From: Eledone cirrhosa
Taxonomy: Eukaryota
DNA: 64,000 bases
Assembly (NCBI GenBank): GCA_964016885.1
Contig: OZ024742.1
Location: forward strand, 169,632,001 to 169,696,000
Reading direction: 5' to 3'
Part shown: positions 1 to 15,000 of the stretch, piece after piece
Position numbering within the stretch: the stretch's first letter is position 1
Layout of the letters: each line of letters opens with the position of its first letter
Made by a program: the position numbers and the translations under genes
The notes under the pieces: model-generated
Told to the model about the DNA's origin: nothing
The model's input: only the letters and a program-made list of their open reading frames with translations
Database searches by the model: none

Positions 1-1
1 T

Positions 2-3000
2 GTTACTACTAATCCTGTTGTTGTTACTACTACTCCTGTTGTTGTTACTACTACTCCTGTTGTTGTTACTACTGCTCCTGTTGTTGTTGTTGTTGTTACT
101 ACTGCTCCAGTTGTTGTTACTACTGCTCCTGTTGTTGTTACTACTGCTCGAGTTGTTGTTACTACTACTCCTGTTGTTGTTACTACTGCTCCTGTTGTTG
201 TTGTTGTTGTTGTTGTTGTTACTACTGCTCCTGTTGTTGTTATTGTTACTACTACTCCTGTTGTCGTTACTACTGCTCCTGTTGTTGTTACTACTACTCC
301 AGTTGTTGTTACTACTACTCCAGTTGTTGTTACTACTACGCCTGTTGTTGTTACTACTGCTCCAGTTGTTGTTACTTCTACTCCAGTTGTTGTTACTACT
401 GCTCCTGTTGTTGTTGTTGTTACTACTACTTCTGTTGTTGTTACTACTTCTCCAGTTGTTGTTACTACTACTCCTGTTGTTGTTACTACTACTCCTGTTG
501 TTACTACTGCTCCAGTTGTTGTTACTACTACTCCTGTTGTTGTTACTACTACTCCTGTTGTTTTTACTACTACTCCTGTTGTTGTTGTTGTTGTTACTAC
601 TGCTCCAGTTGTTGTTACTACTGCTCCTGTTGTTGTTACTACTACTCCTTTTGTTGTTACTACTGCTCCTGTTGTTGTTACTACTACTCCTGTTGTTGTT
701 GTTACTACTGCTCCTGTTGTTGTTACTACTGCTCCTGTTGTTGTTGTTGTTACTACTGCTCCAGTTGTTGTTACTACTGCTCCTGTTGTTGTTACTACTA
801 CTCCTGTGGTTGTTGTTACTACTACTCCCGTTGTTGTTACTACTGCTCCTGTTGTTGTTTCTACTGCTCTTGTTGTTGTTACTACTACTCCTGTTGTTGT
901 TACTACTACTCCTGTTGTTGTTGTTACTACTACTCCTGTTGTTGTTACTACTACTCCTGTTGTTGTTACTACTGCTCCTGTTGTTGTTACTACTACTCCT
1001 GTTGTTGTTACTACTACTCCTGTTGTTGTTACTACTACTCCTGTTGTTGTTACTACTACTCCTGTTGTTGTTACTACTACTCCTGTTGTTGTTACTACTA
1101 CTCCTGTTGTTGTTGTTACTACTACTCCTGTTGTTGTTACTACTGCTCCTGTTGTTGTTGTTGTTGTTGTTACTACTGCTCCAGTTGTTGTTACTACTGC
1201 TCCTGTTATTGTTACTACTGCTCCAGTTGTTGTTACTACTACTCCAGTTGTTGTTACTACTGCTCCTGTTGTTGTTACTACTACTCCAGTTGTTGTTACT
1301 ACTACTACTGTTGTTGTTACTACTACTCCAGTTGTTGTTACTACTACTCCTGTTGTTGTTACTCCTACTCCAGTTGTTGTTACTACTACTCCAGTTGTTG
1401 TTACTACTGCTCCTGTTGTTGTTACTACTACTCCCGTTGTTGTTACTACTGCTTCTGTTGTTGTTACTACTGCTCCTGTTGTTGTTACTACTACTCCAGT
1501 TGTTGTTACTACTGCTCCAGTTGTTGTTACTACTACTCCAGTTGTTGTTACTACTACTCCAGTTGTTGTTACTACTACTCCAGTTGTTGTTACTACTGCT
1601 CCTGTTGTTGTTACTACTACTCCAGTTGTTGTTACTACTGCTCCAGTTGTTGTTACTACTGCTCCTGTTATTGTTACTACTACTCCTGTTGTTGTTACTA
1701 CTACTCCAGTTGTTGTTACTACTACTCCAGTTGTTGTTACTACTACTCCAGTTGTTGTTACTACTGCTCCTGTTGTTGTTACTACTACTCCAGTTGTTGT
1801 TACTACTGCTCCAGTTGTTGTTACTACTACTCCAGTTGTTGTTACTACTGCTCCTGTTGTTGTTACTACTACTCTAGTTGTTGTTACTACTACTCCTGTT
1901 GTTGTTACTACTACTCCAGTTGTTGTTACTACTGCTCCTGTTGTTGTTACTACTGCTCCTGTTGTTGTTACTACTACTCCTGTTGTTGTTACTACTACTC
2001 CTGTTGTTGTTACTACTACTGCTGTTGTTGTTACTACTACTCCAGTTGTTGTTACTACTACTCCAGTTGTTGTTACTACTGCTCCTGTTGTTGTTACTAC
2101 TACTCCAGTTGTTGTTACTACTGCTCCTGTTGTTACTACTACTACAGTTGTTGTTACTACTGCTCCTGTTGTTGTTACTACTACTCCAGTTGTTGTTACT
2201 ACTGCTCCTGTTATTGTTACTACTGCTCCAGTTGTTGTTACTACTACTCCAGTTGTTGTTACTACTGCTCCTGTTGTTGTTACTACTACTCCAGTTGTTG
2301 TTACTACTACTCCTGTTGTTGTTACTACTACTCCAGTTGTTGTTACTACTACTCCTGTTGTTGTTACTACTACTCCAGTTGTTGTTACTACTACTCCTGT
2401 TGTTGTTACTACTGCTCCTGTTGTTGTTACTACTACTCCAGTTGTTGTTACTACTACTCCAGTTGTTGTTACTACTGCTCCAGTTGTTGTTACTACTACT
2501 CCAGTTGTTGTTACTACTACTCCAGTTGTTGTTACTACTACTCCAGTTGTTGTTACTACTGCTCCTGTTGTTGTTACTACTACTCCAGTTGTTGTTACTA
2601 CTGCTCCAGTTGTTGTTACTACTGCTCCTGTTATTGTTACTACTACTCCTGTTGTTGTTACTACTACTCCAGTTGTTGTTACTACTACTCCAGTTGTTGT
2701 TACTACTACTCCAGTTGTTGTTACTACTACTCCAGTTGTTGTTACTACTGCTCCTGTTGTTGTTACTACTACTCCAGTTGTTGTTACTACTGCTCCAGTT
2801 GTTGTTACTACTACTCCAGTTGTTGTTACTACTGCTCCTGTTGTTGTTACTACTACTCTAGTTGTTGTTACTACTACTCCTGTTGTTGTTACTACTACTC
2901 CAGTTGTTGTTACTACTGCTCCTGTTGTTGTTACTACTGCTCCTGTTGTTGTTACTACTACTCCTGTTGTTGTTACTACTACTCCTGTTGTTGTTACTAC

Positions 3001-6000
3001 TACTCCAGTTGTTGTTACTACTACTCCAGTTGTTGTTACTACTGCTCCTGTTGTTGTTACTACTACTCCAGTTGTTGTTACTACTGCTCCTGTTGTTACT
3101 ACTACTACAGTTGTTGTTACTACTGCTCCTGTTGTTGTTACTACTACTCCAGTTGTTGTTACTACTGCTCCTGTTATTGTTACTACTGCTCCAGTTGTTG
3201 TTACTACTACTCCAGTTGTTGTTACTACTGCTCCTGTTGTTGTTACTACTACTCCAGTTGTTGTTACTACTACTCCTGTTGTTGTTACTACTACTCCAGT
3301 TGTTGTTACTACTACTCCTGTTGTTGTTACTACTACTCCAGTTGTTGTTACTACTACTCCTGTTGTTGTTACTACTGCTCCTGTTGTTGTTACTACTACT
3401 CCCGTTGTTGTTACTACTGCTCCTTTTGTTGTTACTACTGCTCCTGTTGTTGTTACTACTGCTCCTGTTGTTGTTACTACTACTCCTGTTGTTGTTACTA
3501 CTGCTCCTGTTGTTGTTGTTGTTGTTGTTACTACTGCTCCAGTTGTTACTACTGCTCCTGTTGTTGTTACTACTGCTCCTGTTGTTGTTGTTGTTGTTCT
3601 TACTACTGCTCCAGTTGTTGTTACTATTGCTCCTGTTGTTGTTACTACTACTCCTGTTGTTGTTACTACTACTCCTGTTGTTGTTACTACTACTCCTGTT
3701 GTTGTTACTACTGCTCCTGTTGTTGTTGTTGTTGTTGTTACTACTGCTCCAGTTGTTGTTACTACTGCTCCTGTTGTTGTTACTACTGCTGCTCCAGTTG
3801 TTGTTACTACTACTCCTGTTGTTGTTACTACTACTCCTGTTGTTGTTACTACTGCCCCTGTTGTTGTTGTTGTTGTTGTTACTACTGCTCCAGTTGTTGT
3901 TACTACTACTCCTGTTGTTGTTACTACTACTCCTGTTGTTGTTACTACTACTCCTGTAGTTGTTGTTGTTTTTACTACTACTCCAGTTGTTGTTACTACT
4001 ACTCCTGTTGTTGTTACTACTACTCCTGTTGTTGTTACTACTACTCCTGTTGTTGTTACTACTACTCCTGTTGTTGTTACTACTACTCCTGTTGTTGTTA
4101 CTACTACTCCTGTTGTTGTTACTACTGCTCCTGTTGTTACTACTGCTCGAGTTGTTGTTACTACTGCTCCAGTTGTTGTTACCACTACTCCCATTGTTAC
4201 TACTGCTCCTGTTGTTGTTGTTGTTGTTACTACTGCTCCAGTTGTTGTTACTACTGCTCCTGTTGTTGTTACTACTGCTCCAGTTGTTGTTACTACTACC
4301 CCAGTTGTTGTTACTACTGCTCCAGTTGTTGTTACTACTACTCCTGTTGTTGTTAATACTACTCCAGTTGTTGTTACTACTACTCCTGTTGTTGTAACTA
4401 CTACTCCTGTTGTTGTTGTTGTTGTTGTTACTACTACTCCTGTTGTTGTTACTACTAATCCTGTTGTTGTTACTACTACTCGTCTTGTTGTTACTACTAC
4501 TCCTGTTGTTGTTACTACTACTCCTGTTGTTACTACTACTCCTGTTGATACTACTACTCCTGTTGTCGTTACTACTACTCCTGTTGTTACTACTACTCCT
4601 GTTGTTGTTACTACTGCTCCTGTTGTTGTTACTACTGCTCCAGTTGTCGTTACTACTACTCCTGTTGTTGTTACAACTACTCCTTTTGTTGTTGTTGTTG
4701 TTACTACTACTCCTGTTGTTGTTACTTCTACTCCTGTTGTTGTTGCTACTACTCCTGTTGTTGTTACTACTACTCCTGTTGTTGTTATACTACTCCTGTT
4801 GTTGTTACTACTACTCCTGTCGTTGTTGTTGTTGTTACTAATGCTCCTGTTGTTGTTACGACTACTCCTGTTGTTGTTACTACTGCTCCTGTTGTTGTTG
4901 CTACTACTCCAGTTGTTGTTACTACTGCTCCTGTTGTTGTTACTACTACTCTAGTTGTTGTTACTACTACTCCTGTTGTTGTTACTACTACTCCAGTTGT
5001 TGTTACTACTGCTCCTGTTGTTGTTACTACTGCTCCTGTTGTTGTTACTACTACTCCTGTTGTTGTTACTACTACTCCTGTTGTTGTTACTACTACTCCT
5101 GTTGTTGTTACTACTACTCCAGTTGTTGTTACTACTACTCCAGTTGTTGTTACTACTGCTCCTGTTGTTGTTACTACTACTCCAGTTGTTGTTACTACTG
5201 CTCCTGTTGTTACTACTACTACAGTTGTTGTTACTACTGCTCCTGTTGTTGTTACTACTACTCCAGTTGTTGTTACTACTGCTCCTGTTATTGTTACTAC
5301 TGCTCCAGTTGTTGTTACTACTACTCCAGTTGTTGTTACTACTGCTCCTGTTGTTGTTACTACTACTCCAGTTGTTGTTACTACTACTCCTGTTGTTGTT
5401 ACTACTACTCCAGTTGTTGTTACTACTACTCCTGTTGTTGTTACTACTACTCCAGTTGTTGTTACTACTACTCCTGTTGTTGTTACTACTACTCCAGTTG
5501 TTGTTACTACTGCTCCAGTTGTTGTTACTACTACTCCAGTTGTTGTTACTACTGCTCCTGTTGTTGTTACTACTACTCTAGTTGTTGTTACTACTACTCC
5601 TGTTGTTGTTACTACTACTCCAGTTGTTGTTACTACTGCTCCTGTTGTTGTTACTACTGCTCCTGTTGTTGTTACTACTACTCCTGTTGTTGTTACTACT
5701 ACTCCTGTTGTTGTTACTACTACTCCAGTTGTTGTTACTACTACTCCAGTTGTTGTTACTACTGCTCCTGTTGTTGTTACTACTACTCCAGTTGTTGTTA
5801 CTACTGCTCCTGTTGTTACTACTACTACAGTTGTTGTTACTACTGCTCCTGTTGTTGTTACTACTACTCCAGTTGTTGTTACTACTGCTCCTGTTATTGT
5901 TACTACTGCTCCAGTTGTTGTTACTACTACTCCAGTTGTTGTTACTACTGCTCCTGTTGTTGTTACTACTACTCCAGTTGTTGTTACTACTACTCCTGTT

Positions 6001-9000
6001 GTTGTTACTACTACTCCAGTTGTTGTTACTACTACTCCTGTTGTTGTTACTACTACTCCAGTTGTTGTTACTACTACTCCTGTTGTTGTTACTACTGCTC
6101 CTGTTGTTGTTACTACTACTCCCGTTGTTGTTACTACTGCTCCTGTTGTTGTTACTACTGCTCCTGTTGTTGTTACTACTGCTCCTGTTGTTGTTACTAC
6201 TACTCCTGTTGTTGTTACTACTGCTCCTGTTGTTGTTGTTGTTGTTGTTACTACTGCTCCAGTTGTTACTACTGCTCCTGTTGTTGTTACTACTGCTCCT
6301 GTTGTTGTTGTTGTTGTTCTTACTACTGCTCCAGTTGTTGTTACTATTGCTCCTGTTGTTGTTACTACTACTCCTGTTGTTGTTACTACTACTCCTGTTG
6401 TTGTTACTACTACTCCTGTTGTTGTTACTACTGCTCCTGTTGTTGTTGTTGTTGTTGTTACTACTGCTCCAGTTGTTGTTACTACTGCTCCTGTTGTTGT
6501 TACTACTGCTGCTCCAGTTGTTGTTACTACTACTCCTGTTGTTGTTACTACTACTCCTGTTGTTGTTACTACTGCCCCTGTTGTTGTTGTTGTTGTTGTT
6601 ACTACTGCTCCAGTTGTTGTTACTACTACTCCTGTTGTTGTTACTACTACTCCTGTTGTTGTTACTACTACTCCTGTAGTTGTTGTTGTTTTTACTACTA
6701 CTCCAGTTGTTGTTACTACTACTCCTGTTGTTGTTACTACTACTCCTGTTGTTGTTACTACTACTCCTGTTGTTGTTACTACTACTCCTGTTGTTGTTAC
6801 TACTACTCCTGTTGTTGTTACTACTACTCCTGTTGTTGTTACTACTGCTCCTGTTGTTACTACTGCTCGAGTTGTTGTTACTACTGCTCCAGTTGTTGTT
6901 ACCACTACTCCCATTGTTACTACTGCTCCTGTTGTTGTTGTTGTTGTTACTACTGCTCCAGTTGTTGTTACTACTGCTCCTGTTGTTGTTACTACTGCTC
7001 CAGTTGTTGTTACTACTACCCCAGTTGTTGTTACTACTGCTCCAGTTGTTGTTACTACTACTCCTGTTGTTGTTAATACTACTCCAGTTGTTGTTACTAC
7101 TACTCCTGTTGTTGTAACTACTACTCCTGTTGTTGTTGTTGTTGTTGTTACTACTACTCCTGTTGTTGTTACTACTAATCCTGTTGTTGTTACTACTACT
7201 CGTCTTGTTGTTACTACTACTCCTGTTGTTGTTACTACTACTCCTGTTGTTACTACTACTCCTGTTGATACTACTACTCCTGTTGTCGTTACTACTACTC
7301 CTGTTGTTACTACTACTCCTGTTGTTGTTACTACTGCTCCTGTTGTTGTTACTACTGCTCCAGTTGTCGTTACTACTACTCCTGTTGTTGTTACAACTAC
7401 TCCTTTTGTTGTTGTTGTTGTTACTACTACTCCTGTTGTTGTTACTTCTACTCCTGTTGTTGTTGCTACTACTCCTGTTGTTGTTACTACTACTCCTGTT
7501 GTTGTTATACTACTCCTGTTGTTGTTACTACTACTCCTGTCGTTGTTGTTGTTGTTACTAATGCTCCTGTTGTTGTTACGACTACTCCTGTTGTTGTTAC
7601 TACTGCTCCTGTTGTTGTTACTACTCCTGTTGTTGTTACTACTACTCCAGTTGTTGTTGTTATTGTTACTAGTACTCCTGTTGTTGTTACTACTACTCCT
7701 GTTGTTGTTACTACTACTCCAGTTGTTGTTACTACTGCTCCTGTTGTTGTTACTACTGCTCCTGTTGTTGTTACTACTACTCCTGTTGTTGTTACTACTA
7801 CTCCTGTTGTTGTTACTACTACTCCTGTTGTTGTTACTACTACTCCAGTTGTTGTTACTACTACTCCAGTTGTTGTTACTACTGCTCCTGTTGTTGTTAC
7901 TACTACTCCAGTTGTTGTTACTACTGCTCCTGTTGTTACTACTACTACAGTTGTTGTTACTACTGCTCCTGTTGTTGTTACTACTACTCCAGTTGTTGTT
8001 ACTACTGCTCCTGTTATTGTTACTACTGCTCCAGTTGTTGTTACTACTACTCCAGTTGTTGTTACTACTGCTCCTGTTGTTGTTACTACTACTCCAGTTG
8101 TTGTTACTACTACTCCTGTTGTTGTTACTACTACTCCAGTTGTTGTTACTACTACTCCTGTTGTTGTTACTACTACTCCAGTTGTTGTTACTACTACTCC
8201 TGTTGTTGTTACTACTACTCCAGTTGTTGTTACTACTGCTCCAGTTGTTGTTACTACTACTCCAGTTGTTGTTACTACTGCTCCTGTTGTTGTTACTACT
8301 ACTCTAGTTGTTGTTACTACTACTCCTGTTGTTGTTACTACTACTCCAGTTGTTGTTACTACTGCTCCTGTTGTTGTTACTACTGCTCCTGTTGTTGTTA
8401 CTACTACTCCTGTTGTTGTTACTACTACTCCTGTTGTTGTTACTACTACTCCAGTTGTTGTTACTACTACTCCAGTTGTTGTTACTACTGCTCCTGTTGT
8501 TGTTACTACTACTCCAGTTGTTGTTACTACTGCTCCTGTTGTTACTACTACTACAGTTGTTGTTACTACTGCTCCTGTTGTTGTTACTACTACTCCAGTT
8601 GTTGTTACTACTGCTCCTGTTATTGTTACTACTGCTCCAGTTGTTGTTACTACTACTCCAGTTGTTGTTACTACTGCTCCTGTTGTTGTTACTACTACTC
8701 CAGTTGTTGTTACTACTACTCCTGTTGTTGTTACTACTACTCCAGTTGTTGTTACTACTACTCCTGTTGTTGTTACTACTACTCCAGTTGTTGTTACTAC
8801 TACTCCTGTTGTTGTTACTACTGCTCCTGTTGTTGTTACTACTACTCCCGTTGTTGTTACTACTGCTCCTGTTGTTGTTACTACTGCTCCTGTTGTTGTT
8901 ACTACTGCTCCTGTTGTTGTTACTACTACTCCTGTTGTTGTTACTACTGCTCCTGTTGTTGTTGTTGTTGTTGTTACTACTGCTCCAGTTGTTACTACTG

Positions 9001-12000
9001 CTCCTGTTGTTGTTACTACTGCTCCTGTTGTTGTTGTTGTTGTTCTTACTACTGCTCCAGTTGTTGTTACTATTGCTCCTGTTGTTGTTACTACTACTCC
9101 TGTTGTTGTTACTACTACTCCTGTTGTTGTTACTACTACTCCTGTTGTTGTTACTACTGCTCCTGTTGTTGTTGTTGTTGTTGTTACTACTGCTCCAGTT
9201 GTTGTTACTACTGCTCCTGTTGTTGTTACTACTGCTGCTCCAGTTGTTGTTACTACTACTCCTGTTGTTGTTACTACTACTCCTGTTGTTGTTACTACTG
9301 CCCCTGTTGTTGTTGTTGTTGTTGTTACTACTGCTCCAGTTGTTGTTACTACTACTCCTGTTGTTGTTACTACTACTCCTGTTGTTGTTACTACTACTCC
9401 TGTAGTTGTTGTTGTTTTTACTACTACTCCAGTTGTTGTTACTACTACTCCTGTTGTTGTTACTACTACTCCTGTTGTTGTTACTACTACTCCTGTTGTT
9501 GTTACTACTACTCCTGTTGTTGTTACTACTACTCCTGTTGTTGTTACTACTACTCCTGTTGTTGTTACTACTGCTCCTGTTGTTACTACTGCTCGAGTTG
9601 TTGTTACTACTGCTCCAGTTGTTGTTACCACTACTCCCATTGTTACTACTGCTCCTGTTGTTGTTGTTGTTGTTACTACTGCTCCAGTTGTTGTTACTAC
9701 TGCTCCTGTTGTTGTTACTACTGCTCCAGTTGTTGTTACTACTACCCCAGTTGTTGTTACTACTGCTCCAGTTGTTGTTACTACTACTCCTGTTGTTGTT
9801 AATACTACTCCAGTTGTTGTTACTACTACTCCTGTTGTTGTAACTACTACTCCTGTTGTTGTTGTTGTTGTTACTACTACTCCTGTTGTTGTTACTACTA
9901 ATCCTGTTGTTGTTACTACTACTCGTCTTGTTGTTACTACTACTCCTGTTGTTGTTACTACTACTCCTGTTGTTACTACTACTCCTGTTGATACTACTAC
10001 TCCTGTTGTCGTTACTACTACTCCTGTTGTTACTACTACTCCTGTTGTTGTTACTACTGCTCCTGTTGTTGTTACTACTGCTCCAGTTGTCGTTACTACT
10101 ACTCCTGTTGTTGTTACAACTACTCCTTTTGTTGTTGTTGTTGTTACTACTACTCCTGTTGTTGTTACTTCTACTCCTGTTGTTGTTGCTACTACTCCTG
10201 TTGTTGTTACTACTACTCCTGTTGTTGTTATACTACTCCTGTTGTTGTTACTACTACTCCTGTCGTTGTTGTTGTTGTTACTAATGCTCCTGTTGTTGTT
10301 ACGACTACTCCTGTTGTTGTTACTACTGCTCCTGTTGTTGTTACTACTCCTGTTGTTGTTACTACTACTCCAGTTGTTGTTGTTATTGTTACTAGTACTC
10401 CTGTTGTTGTTACTACTACTCCTGTTGTTGTTGTTGTTGTTGTTACTACTACTCCTGTTGTTGTTACTACTACTCCAGTTGTTGTTACTACTGCTCCTGT
10501 TGTTGTTACTACTACTCCAGTTGATGTTACTAGTACTCCAGTTGTTGTTACTATTACTCCTTTTGTTGTTACTACTACTCCTGTTGTTGTTACTACTACT
10601 CCAGTTGTTGTTACTACTACTCCTGTTGTTGTTACTACTACTCCAGTTGTTGTTACTACTACTTCTGTTGTTGTTACTACTACACCAGTTGTTGCTAATA
10701 CTACTCCTGTTGTTGTTACTACTGCTCCTGTTGTTACTACAACTCCTGTTGTTGTTACTACTACTCCTGTTGTTGTTACTACTATTCCTGTTGTTGTTGT
10801 TGTTGTTACTACTGCTCCAGTTGTTGTTACTACTGCTCCTGTTGTTGTTACTACTACTCCTGTTGTTGTTACTACTACTCCAGTTGTTGTTACTTCTGCT
10901 CCTGTTGTTGTTACTACTACTCCAGTTGTTGTTACTACTACTCCTGTTGTTGTTACTACTACTCCAGTTGTTGTTACTACTGCTCCTGTTGTTGTTACTA
11001 CTACTCCAGTTGTTGTTACTACTACTCCTGTTGTTATTACTACTACTCCTGTTGTTGTTGTTGTTGTTACTACTCCTGTTGTTGTTACTACTACTCCTGT
11101 TATTATTACTACTACTCCAGTTGTTGTTACTACTACTCCAGTTGTTGTTACTACTACTCCTGTTGTTGTTACTACTACTCCAGTTGTTGTTGTTACTACT
11201 ACTCCTGTTGTTGTTACTACTACTCCAGTTGTTATTACTACTACTCCTGTTGCTGTTACTACTCCTCCAGTTGTTGTTACTACTACTCCTGTTGTTACTA
11301 CTACTCCAGTTGTTGTTACTACTACTCCAGTTGTTGTTACTACTACTCCTGTTGTTACTACTACTCCTGTTGTTGTTACTACTACTCCTGTTGTTGTTAC
11401 TACTACTCCTGTTGTTGTTACTACTACTCCAGTTGTTGTTGTTGTTGTTACTTGTACTCCTGTTGTTGTTATTACTACTCCTGTTGTTGTTACTCCTACT
11501 CCTGTTGTTGTTGTTACTACTGCTCCTGTTGTTGTTACTACTACTCCAGTTGTTGTTGATGTTATTACTACTGCTCCAGTTGTTGTTACTACTACTCCTG
11601 TTGTTGTTGTTACTACTACTCATGTTGTTGTTGTTACCAGTACTCCTGTTGTTGTTACTTCTACTCCAGTTGTTGTTACTACTACTCCAGTTGTTGTTAC
11701 TACTACTCCAGTTGTTGTTACTACTACTCCTGTTGTTGTTACTACTACTCCAGTTGTTGTTACTACTACTCCTGTTGTTGTTACTACTACACTAGTTGTT
11801 GTTACTACTACTCCTGTTGTTGTTGTTGTTGTTACTACTACTCCTGTTGTTGTTACTACTACTCCTGTTGTTGTTACTACTACTCCAGTTGTTGTTACTA
11901 CTACTCCTGTTGTTGTTACTACTACTCCAGTTGTTGTTACTACTGCTCCTGTTGTTGTTACTACTACTCCAGTTGTTGTTGTTGTTGTTACTACTACTCC

Positions 12001-15000
12001 TGTTGTTGTTGTTGTTGTTGTTAGTACTACTCCTGTTGTTGTTGTATTTGTTACTACTACTCCTGTTGTTGTTGTTACTACTACTCCAGTTGTTGTTACT
12101 ACTGTTCCTGTTGTTGTTACTACTACTCCAGTTGTTGTTACTACTGCTCCTGTTGTTGTTACTACTACTCCAGTTGTTGTTGTTGTTACTACTACTCCTG
12201 TTGTTGTTACTACTTCTCCAGTTCTTGTTACTACTGCTCCAGTTGTTGTTACTACTACTCCAGTTGTTGTTGTTGTTGGTTCTACTACTCCTGTTGTAGT
12301 TGTTGTTGTTGTTACTTCTACTCCTGTTGTTGTTGTATTTTTTACTACTACTCCTGTTGTTGTTACTACTACTCCAGTTGTTGTTACTACTGTTCCTGTT
12401 GTTGTTACTACTACTCCTGTTGTTGTTACTACTACTCCTGTTGTTGTTACTACTGCTCCTGTTTTTGTTACTACTATTCCTGTTGTTGTTACTATTACTC
12501 CAGTTGTTGTTACTACTGCTCCTGTTGTTGTTACTACTACTCCTGTTGTTGTTACTACTACTCCTGTTGTTGTTACTACTACTCCTGTAGTTGTTGTTAC
12601 TACTGCTCCTGTTGTTGTTACTACTACACCTGTTGTTTTTGTTATTATTACTACTACTCCTGTTGTTGTTACTACTACTCCAGTTGTTGTTATTACTACT
12701 CCAGTTGTTGTTACTACTGTTCCTGTTGTTGTTACTACTAATCCAGTTGTTGTTGTTGTTATTACTACTACTCCTGTTGTTGTTACTACTACTCCAGTTG
12801 TTGTTACTACTGCTCCTGTTGTTGTTACTACTACTCCAGTTGTTGTTACTACTACTCCTGTTGTTGTTACTACTACTCCTGTTGTTCTTACTACTACTCC
12901 AGTTGTTGTTACTACTGCTCCTGTTGTTGTTACTACTACTCCAGTTGTTGTTACTACTACTCCTGTTGTTGTTACTACTACTCCTGATGTTGTTACTACT
13001 ACTCCTGTTAATGTTACTACTACTCCTGTTGTTGTTGTTGTTGTTACTACTACTCCAGTTGTTGTTACTACTACCCCTGTTGTTGTTACTACTTCTCCAG
13101 TTGTTGTTGTTGTTGTTACTACTGCTCCAGTTGTTGTTACTACTGCTCCTGTTGTTGTTACTACTACTCCTGTTGTTGTTACTACTACTCCAGTTGTTGT
13201 TACTACTACTCCTGTTGTTGTTACTACTACTCCTGTTGTTGTTACTACTACTCCAGTTGTTGTTACTACTACTCCAGTTGTTGATACTACTACTCCAGTT
13301 ATTGTTACTACTACTCCTGTTGTTGTTACTACTACTCCAGTTGTTGTTACTACTACTCCTGTTGTTGTTACTCCTGCTCCTGTTGTTGTTACTACTGCTC
13401 CAGTTGTTGTTACTACTGCTCCTGTTGTTGTTACTACTACCGGTTGTTGTTACTACTACTCCAGTTGTTGTTACTACTACTCCAGTTGTTGTTACTACTA
13501 CTCCTGTTGTTGTTGTTCTTGTTACTACTACTCCTGTTGTTGTTACTACTACTCCTGTTGTTGTTACTACTACTCCTGTTGTTGTTACTACTACTCCTGT
13601 TGTTGTTACTACTACTCCAGTTGTTGTTACTACTGCTCCTGTTGTTGTTACTACTACTCCTGTTGTTGTTACTACTACTCCTGTTGTTGTTGTTGTTGTT
13701 ACTACTACTTCTGTTTTTGTTACTACTGCTCCTGTTGTTGTTACTACTGCTCCAGTTGTTGTTACTACTGCTCCAGTTGTTGTTACTACTACTCCTGTTG
13801 TTGTTACTACCGCTCCAGCTGTTGTTACTACTGCTCCAGTTGTTGTTACTACTACTCCAGTTGTTGTTACTACTACTCCTGTTGTTGTTACTACTACTCT
13901 AGTTGTTGTTACTACTACTCCTGTTGTTGTTACTACTACTCCTGTTGTTGTTACTACTACTCCTGTTGTTGTTACTACTACTCCTGTTGTTACTACTACT
14001 CCTGTTGTTGTTACTACTACTCCTGTTGTTACTACTACTCCTGTTGTTGTTACTAATACTCCTGTTGTTGTTACTACTACTCCTGTTGTTGTTACTACTA
14101 CTCCTGTTGTTGTTACTACTGCTCCAGTTGTCGTTACTACTACTCCTGTTGTTGTTACTACTGCTCCTGTTGTTGTTACTACTACTCCAGTTGTTACTAC
14201 TACTCCAGTTGTTGTTACTACTACTCCTGTTGTTGTTACTACTACTCCTGTTGTTGTTACTACTACTCCAGTTGTTGTTACTACAACTCCTGTTGTTGTT
14301 ACTACTACTCCAGTTGTTGTTACTACTACTCCTGTTGTTGTTACTACTACACCAGTTGTTGTTACTACTACTCCTGTTGTTGTTACCACTACTCCAGTCG
14401 TTGTTGTTACTACTCCTGTTGTTGTTACTACTACTCCTGTTGTTGTTACTTCTACTCCTGTTGTTGTTACTACTACTCCTGTTGTTGTTACCACTACTCC
14501 AGTCGTTGTTGTTACTACTCCTGTTGTTGTTACTACTACTCCTGTTGTTGTTACTACTACTCCAGTTGTTGTTGTTGTTACTAGTACTCCTGTTGTTGTT
14601 ACTACTACTCCTGTTGTTGTTACTACTACTCCTGTTGTTGTTACTACTACTCCTGTTGTTGTTACTACTACTACAGTTGTTGTTACTACTGCTCCTGTTG
14701 TTGTTACTACTACTCCAGTTGTTACTACTACTCCAGTTGTTGTTACTACTACTCCTGTTGTTGTTACTACTACTCCTGTTGTTGTTACTACTACTCCAGT
14801 TGTTGTTACTACAACTCCTGTTGTTGTTACTACTACTCCAGTTGTTGTTACTACTACTCCTGTTGTTGTTACTACTACACCAGTTGTTGTTAATACTACT
14901 CCTGTTGTTGTTACTACTACTCCAGTTGTTGTTACTACTGCTCCTGTTGTTGTTACTACTACTCCAGTTGTTGTTACTACTACTCCTGTTGTTGTTACTA

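Noticed and set aside
4394-4912. Intron removing the frameshift (GTAACT donor 4394, TACTAAT branch-like motif about 4836, CCAG acceptor about 4912)
   Set aside because: The donor is phase 0 but CCAG acceptors resume at codon position 2, so splicing would not restore VVVTTTP. These motifs arise trivially from the repeat.
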